Of a stretch of DNA of 64,000 nucleotides, positions 59,401 through 64,000 are shown piece after piece. Within the stretch, counting starts at the first letter, position 1, and every line of letters begins with the position of its first letter. Both the position numbers and the translations under genes were made by a program. This DNA comes from Priapulus caudatus. Taxonomy: Eukaryota. The notes beneath the pieces were generated by a model. The model was not told where the DNA came from. It searched no databases and saw nothing but the letters and a program-made list of their open reading frames with translations. The DNA is taken from positions 338,379-402,378 of the forward strand of contig NW_014577068.1 in assembly GCF_000485595.1 (NCBI RefSeq). Reading direction: 5' to 3'.

Positions 59401-62400
59401 ATATTTTGGTTATCACCCAGCCTAATGTATCAACAGTTCTAACCGTAGGTTTAGGTACCCCCAAATTCGCATTTAATTTCTCTTTATGATTCTGCTTTGA
59501 TATTTTGGTAATGTTGCTGTTAATATGCCATTAATCCATCACTAAAAATAACTCACGAGATGGTATAGTGTTTTTTAAACCTGAGACGGTTTAAATAGCT
59601 GTTAATTTTCCAAGATTTTTTTAACTGGCACCCAATTTGTTTTATCTTTTACTTCATGGTACAGTTGTTCTTGCAAAAATTATCAAAGGAATTTCCCATC
59701 AACCACTACAGTTACTAGCTGCTGCGCTTACTATTGCTGGCATTTGGCAATTGGAATACTTTAGATTGTAGGTAGGGGGTTGCAAAGGACAGAGCACATG
59801 TAATATTAAATTCCCTTTTTTGCTATTTTCTTGAAATCTGTGGTAGTCCTAATGGCAGTATTCAACATTCCGGTGTGTCATTTTATGCCTATAATGTCTT
59901 AGTAGGTTCACACTTTCAATACGTTTTCAATTGCCACCATACCCCCCACCTCTGCCTAGGAATTCTTATGCCCGTGCATACCAGAGCTGGCACTCTACAG
60001 CATCCCCAATCCAGATGCTAGCCTGCATGTTCTCTGTGAAGTCTAACTGCGCCTATCATGCTCGTGTTTTGAGACGACAAGCCAAAATAACCTTTGATCG
60101 GTTGTCGTTCTGCGGTTCTAGATCAGGCTGTGTTGTTCCTCGGACCACAGTCTGTCGTTTACTTGGATGTACTGTGATGATGAAGTGCTGTGAAGTTTTC
60201 GAAGGAGCCTGTAGTGCGTGGTTTTACGTGTCACGCGCCTGTGCAATTACATGTAGAGTTCTGGAACGTGTTCCTAGCGCACGAGAGTTTTGAAGTAAAC
60301 GAGAGAGAAGAAGTTATTGTCTCAAGATCGCATTTCCTCTTCTTCTCGGCCATTCCGTAGTTTGTCTGTTGTACTTGTAGCCATAGCCGTCGTATGGCAA
60401 GTTGGGCGAGTGTATTTTGCTTCGTGTTGTGAATTAAACTATTAAAAGACGCCAGCGCTGAAACCATATATACAGCCATCTTTTGTGGAAAACTTGTGCA
60501 ATTTTGTACTGGCATGTGTTTGGCAAACTCCGTTTACGGATGACCGTAGGTCAGACTTGAATCAGTAGTCGCCACGAGTTGGACGCTGTGCGTGTGCCTA
60601 CTTATACACTTGACATCTCAATTATAATGAGAAAGCAACTGTTCAGGTTTATTAGTGCATAGAATTGCGGAAGTGAGCAGAGCGTTATGGAATTCACTGC
60701 TGTTTCCAAACCAACAAAGGTGAGATGTTGATGTAGTGCAGTCAACAGTAACGTGCGAATAACCATCATATGCTGCTAGGATGTCACAAACTATCCAAGT
60801 TTCCCATTTCCACCCATCTCCACAGTCTCACGTTCTGTACACAGTCAGTTAATGTTCTGTCTTTCTACCGGGAAAGCTTTACATGCAAAGCTCTGTATAC
60901 GTTAGTAGCTACAACTTAGCAGTTCTACATGGGTTATAAGCATGTCACACGTCCTAGTTTTACAGGCGAAAATGAAACATCATGATGTAATCCAAGTGTA
61001 GTTACTGCTTTTTCTGGTAATGAGAAAAGCAACGGGGTCTGTAACTGTAAGGATGCCATTTTTAATGCGAATCCAGTGGATGAGGTGGAGGAGTGTGTGC
61101 GTGCACTGCTGCTGGTGGTGACACACGTGTGTGTATCCCCCCAGCATCTCAGCTCAGCATGAGTGCGCAATTATCAGGCACCACATGTGTACAACGCCAG
61201 TCTGTATGCCGGTGCCATGAACGCAACATGCGCCACATGGTGTTTAGACTCCATGTCAGCTTGCAGAACACAAGCACAGGGGGAAGTGTCCGTGTGGCTT
61301 TGCCTAAAGCCCATGTTATTCATTGGAGGATTCCGTGTGTAGAAGAGGTTTAAGGAATGGTTTCTTAGGAGCAGTCAGGCTTCTGATATCTGAATCTACA
61401 TCAGGAGAGCTGTCTCTATACTTTAGCTATCCGTGTTATCGCATAATAAACAAATCACCGGTGTCTAAGAGTTGTTTAGCATAATTATATTGCTTCAGTT
61501 GTCTCTCTTCCTTGCAACACTCTGTTGCTCTAAACTCTTTTAGGAAATTTGACGAGAAGGTTAACCATTGATGTGACTGGCATGTAATCGTGTGAGTAGT
61601 CTACATGCAGTCGCTACGCCCTAGCTGGGTGAAGTGATGTGCATGGCTATCCAAATATACACTGTATCCAGCATGCTGCAGACTCGCACTAAAAACATGT
61701 ATGCTGTATGTGATGTGATACCAAGGCGTCGCTGTACACGCAAGGCATTTTTGGCATTTTTTCCCGACGCTGTGTTTCAAGTCTGTCGCTAATTCGTTTA
61801 CTTTGTTCTGACACAGAGGGCAGCAGCATGCCACGCCGCCCACCGGAGACCAGCTCTAAACCTCGGGGGACGCCCTTGTATGGTCAGCCTGCATGGTGGG
61901 GAGAAGGGGATGAGAAGGGTGCTCAGACCTCGCCCCTAGGATCCCCACATAGTGGGCCGGGCAGCCCCAGAGTAACGGTTTCACCTACCAAGGTCACTGA
62001 CGTCGTTTGCGTTCGGACATCTTCACCTATTGTGAATCCCGTCAGCTTTTCAGGTTCTCCAGGTAAATGTTCGTATGAATGTGATCGTATTTCTGTGACC
62101 TCCCAAAAACATTCGTATTTGTTTGTATAATAAGGGGTTTTCTTTTGGTCTCTTTTTTTTCTTCCTTGCCATATGTTGTTTCTCTTCTTCATTGCTACAT
62201 TTACCCTCCACGTATTCCTCTCCCCCCTCTTATATTGTACTCGGTCGTATATTTGTTCCTGTTACTTTTGCTGTTACTATTGTTCTGTTTAGTTTTCATA
62301 TTTTTTTGCAATGAAAATCGACAATATTTCACACTTAAAATTTCATTGTTTGAAATCTGCAGAGAAACCAGAAAGGCCTACCAGTCTACCCCTAGACCAG

Positions 62401-63689
62401 TCTGATGGTCATAGTCTGACATCCCCACCTTTCTCCCAAGAGCTGCTGCAAGGGTCAATGCTACACAAGCAAAATGGTCATCAGAATTCACCACATGACT
62501 CACCTTCTCAAAAAGGTAAGGAATCATAATTACGATATTCATGGATAAGAGGGCCCGCATCATATATTATCATCTCAAATGCCACTGCTCTAATCGCGTA
62601 TAATCGATCGTGAACGCTTGCAGTCGGAGTCACTGGCAGCACGCCTCCGCAGAAGGACACCGGCCCGGGGCCGGGCACCGCACGCGCGCTATCGCCCGCC
62701 GCTGCCGTCGAGGCGCTGCCGTGCGAGGTGAATCTGACGAACGAGGGTGGCATCACCGTGCTGCAGCGCGGCGGACAGCGCCGCAGCGCCGCCTTCACGA
62801 TCGAGTTCGACAACTCCGACGCGAAGAAGAGCGCCGTCTCGGAGAGCATGCACCGCTTCGAGAAGATCCTCGAGAAGCGGGGCAGCAGCGGCGGTGGCGC
62901 GGGTCCGCCGTCGTCGAAGAGCGTCGACTCGCTGAAGAATCTGGCGTGCGCGACGAGCTCCGAGGTAATGTTGCCACGGCGACGTCATCATCCCGTTAAA
63001 TACCAACCTAATGATAACCTGGTCTTAGAGTACCAGATAATTGCCTGCCGTAATAGTTTCACCCATTATTAGCTGCAATAAATAATATTTAATTACAATA
63101 AGTAAGTAATGATAATCTTACAATGTAAGTAAGAATCTTGCATGCGGGACGAGCTTCGAGGTAACGTCGCCTCTCTGTGCCACGCCGACGTCATCACCCC
63201 CATTTAATACCTACCTACTGGTAACGTTGCCTGTTACCTACTACCTATACCAACCTAATGATGATCTAGTGTACCAGATAAATGCCTGCCGTAATAATTT
63301 TACCCGTTATTAGCTGCAATAAATTTTATACAATAAAATTGATTCGTACAATAATTTTTACAATGAATGAATGTTCGTAAATGAGACACTTGCCAGTGAT
63401 CGATGTTTGCGTCATGATGTTCTTATCGGCTCTCCTCTGAATCTCTGGAAACTTGTTGAAGCCTTGTGCAGTCCTCGTCATTGTCTCGTTTGACTTGTTC
63501 AGCAGAAGCCGGCGTTCGTGAGAGGTCAGAAGTCGCGTATGTCGATGGGGCCGAGGGGAAGCCCCAAGCACACGCCGCAGGAGACCGGCTACCTGTCCGA
63601 CAATCAGCTATCGGCCAGCGACCAGGAGGAGGACTACAGCACGAAGAGCGACGCACCGCAGACGAGGAAGCTGAAACTAAGCAGAGCAC
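46828..63689 (+). CDS. CEP170: CEP170/CEP170B-family centrosomal protein, 5' part (11 coding exons, ~779 codons; continues beyond right edge)
   Basis: Exons 46828-46941, 47609-47698, 50756-50834, 54560-54757, 55339-55421, 56634-56802, 58104-58781, 61817-62062, 62363-62515, 62624-62964, 63503-63689 join in frame. The N-terminal FHA domain ([31 protein letters not shown]...[36 protein letters not shown]) and the PRGTPLYGQPAWWGE and AFTIEFD motifs match CEP170 as I recall it. Confidence 0.92.
47609..47698 (+). CDS. CEP170: CEP170 exon, FHA part 2
   Basis: [30 protein letters not shown]; atgcag/gtatgc. Confidence 0.93.
50756..50834 (+). CDS. CEP170: CEP170 exon, FHA part 3 (ends at U12 donor)
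   Basis: [36 protein letters not shown]. Confidence 0.93.
51593..52266. mobile_element. hAT-type MITE with perfect 8-bp TSD
   Basis: GCTGCCAA|CAGTGTTGTAG ... CTACAACACTG|GCTGCCAA; (GGACTC)n subterminal arrays. Confidence 0.9.
53163..53377. mobile_element. MITE with 25-bp TIR and (CCCTAA)n core
   Basis: CTCCATTAGGAGTGTTCCAAACTTT / AAAGTTGGGAACACTCCTAATGGAG; internal (ATTAATG)n and CCTAACCCTAACCCTAACCCTAACC. Confidence 0.8.
54560..54757 (+). CDS. CEP170: CEP170 exon after the U12 intron
   Basis: DSTTFRVQFVDSSASACQHSAPLSPG...; same-phase donors at 54710 (gtgagc) and 54758 (gttagt). Confidence 0.78.
55010..55171. mobile_element. 162-bp nested-palindrome MITE
   Basis: Inverted arms, each containing the hairpin CCAACACAATCG...CGATTGTGTTGG. 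Confidence 0.75.
55339..55421 (+). CDS. CEP170: CEP170 exon
   Basis: GLPSPREERVEELGPTDNPSCWSYPEYQ; tcctag/gtgata; phases fit neighbours. Confidence 0.75.
56030..56115. repeat. Short tandem repeat GAACATACATACACGT... (about 3 copies)
   Basis: Directly visible. Confidence 0.75.
56634..56802 (+). CDS. CEP170: CEP170 exon (His/Pro/Tyr-rich)
   Basis: GYAHDPAIHPYGIEEEYHHHYHRH...CSCHHPH; ggcag/gtgagt. Confidence 0.8.
58104..58781 (+). CDS. CEP170: CEP170 large GC-rich exon containing (RGDP)7
   Basis: ORF 58094-58843; ttacag/gtgagt; phase 1-1. Confidence 0.85.
58810..58967. mobile_element. Small MITE (CAGTGG...GATCC / CATCCGCCACTG) flanked by CATGG
   Basis: Inverted termini; CATGG on both flanks; lies just downstream of the exon donor at 58782. 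Confidence 0.65.
61817..62062 (+). CDS. CEP170: CEP170 exon with PRGTPLYGQPAWWGE motif
   Basis: acacag/gtaaat; family-diagnostic motif. Confidence 0.92.
62363..62515 (+). CDS. CEP170: CEP170 exon
   Basis: EKPERPTSLPLDQ...DSPSQK; ctgcag/gtaagg. Confidence 0.85.
62624..62964 (+). CDS. CEP170: CEP170 exon with AFTIEFD motif
   Basis: ttgcag/gtaatg; ...QRRSAAFTIEFDNSDAKK... Confidence 0.88.
63503..63689 (+). CDS. CEP170: CEP170 exon (NAGNAG acceptor)
   Basis: ttcag|cag|AAG...; QKPAFVRGQKSRMSMGPRGSPKHTPQETGYLSD...; donor C|gtaagg. Confidence 0.83.
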
Positions 63690-64000
63690 GTAAGGTCCCT
63701 CATACTGTGTTACTCTCTATACGTCAAAATCTGTAAACTCTGTGTGTGCTACAGGAAGCTAAAACTGAGCAGAGCACGTAAGGTCCCTCATACTGTGTTA
63801 CTCTCTATACATCAAAATCTGTAAACTGTGTGTGTGCTACAGGAAACTAAACCTAAGCAAAGCACATAAGGTCCCTTATACTGTGTTACTCTCTTACACA
63901 TCAAAATCTGTAAACTGTGTGCTCAGTTTTAGCTTCCTGTAGCACACACACAGTTTACAGATTTTGATGTATAAGAGAGTAACACAGTATGAGGGACCTT
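63665..64000. repeat. 88-bp tandem repeat (about 3 copies) followed by an inverted copy
   Basis: Units start at 63665, 63753 and 63841; 63921-64000 is the reverse complement of the unit. Confidence 0.9.

Overview
Eukaryotic animal genomic DNA, probably from an invertebrate (spliceosomal introns, TTAGGG-type repeats, abundant microsatellites), with two divergently oriented intron-rich genes. Minus strand 13313->500: 20 coding exons (~931 codons) of an adenylate kinase 9 (AK9)-like gene that continues off the left edge. Plus strand 46828->63689: 11 coding exons (~779 codons) of a CEP170-family gene (N-terminal FHA domain, PRGTPLYGQPxWWG and FTIEFD motifs) that continues off the right edge. The CEP170 gene has a 3.7-kb AT-AC minor-spliceosome (U12) intron and an (RGDP)7 coding repeat. 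The 33 kb between the start codons and many introns carry non-autonomous mobile elements, often nested: hAT-like, Kolobok-like and TA-flanked foldback MITEs, Helentron/HINE-like elements, MITEs with a TTAGGG core, and decayed LINE and Gypsy fragments. There is also a ~6-kb layered palindromic element (29390-35368) and a ~4-kb 30-bp minisatellite. Most long ORFs in the supplied track at 30-41 kb are low-complexity artefacts. Repeat-rich segments look error-rich, as in uncorrected long reads, so fine detail there is uncertain. All identifications come from manual reading and recalled family motifs; no database searches were run.
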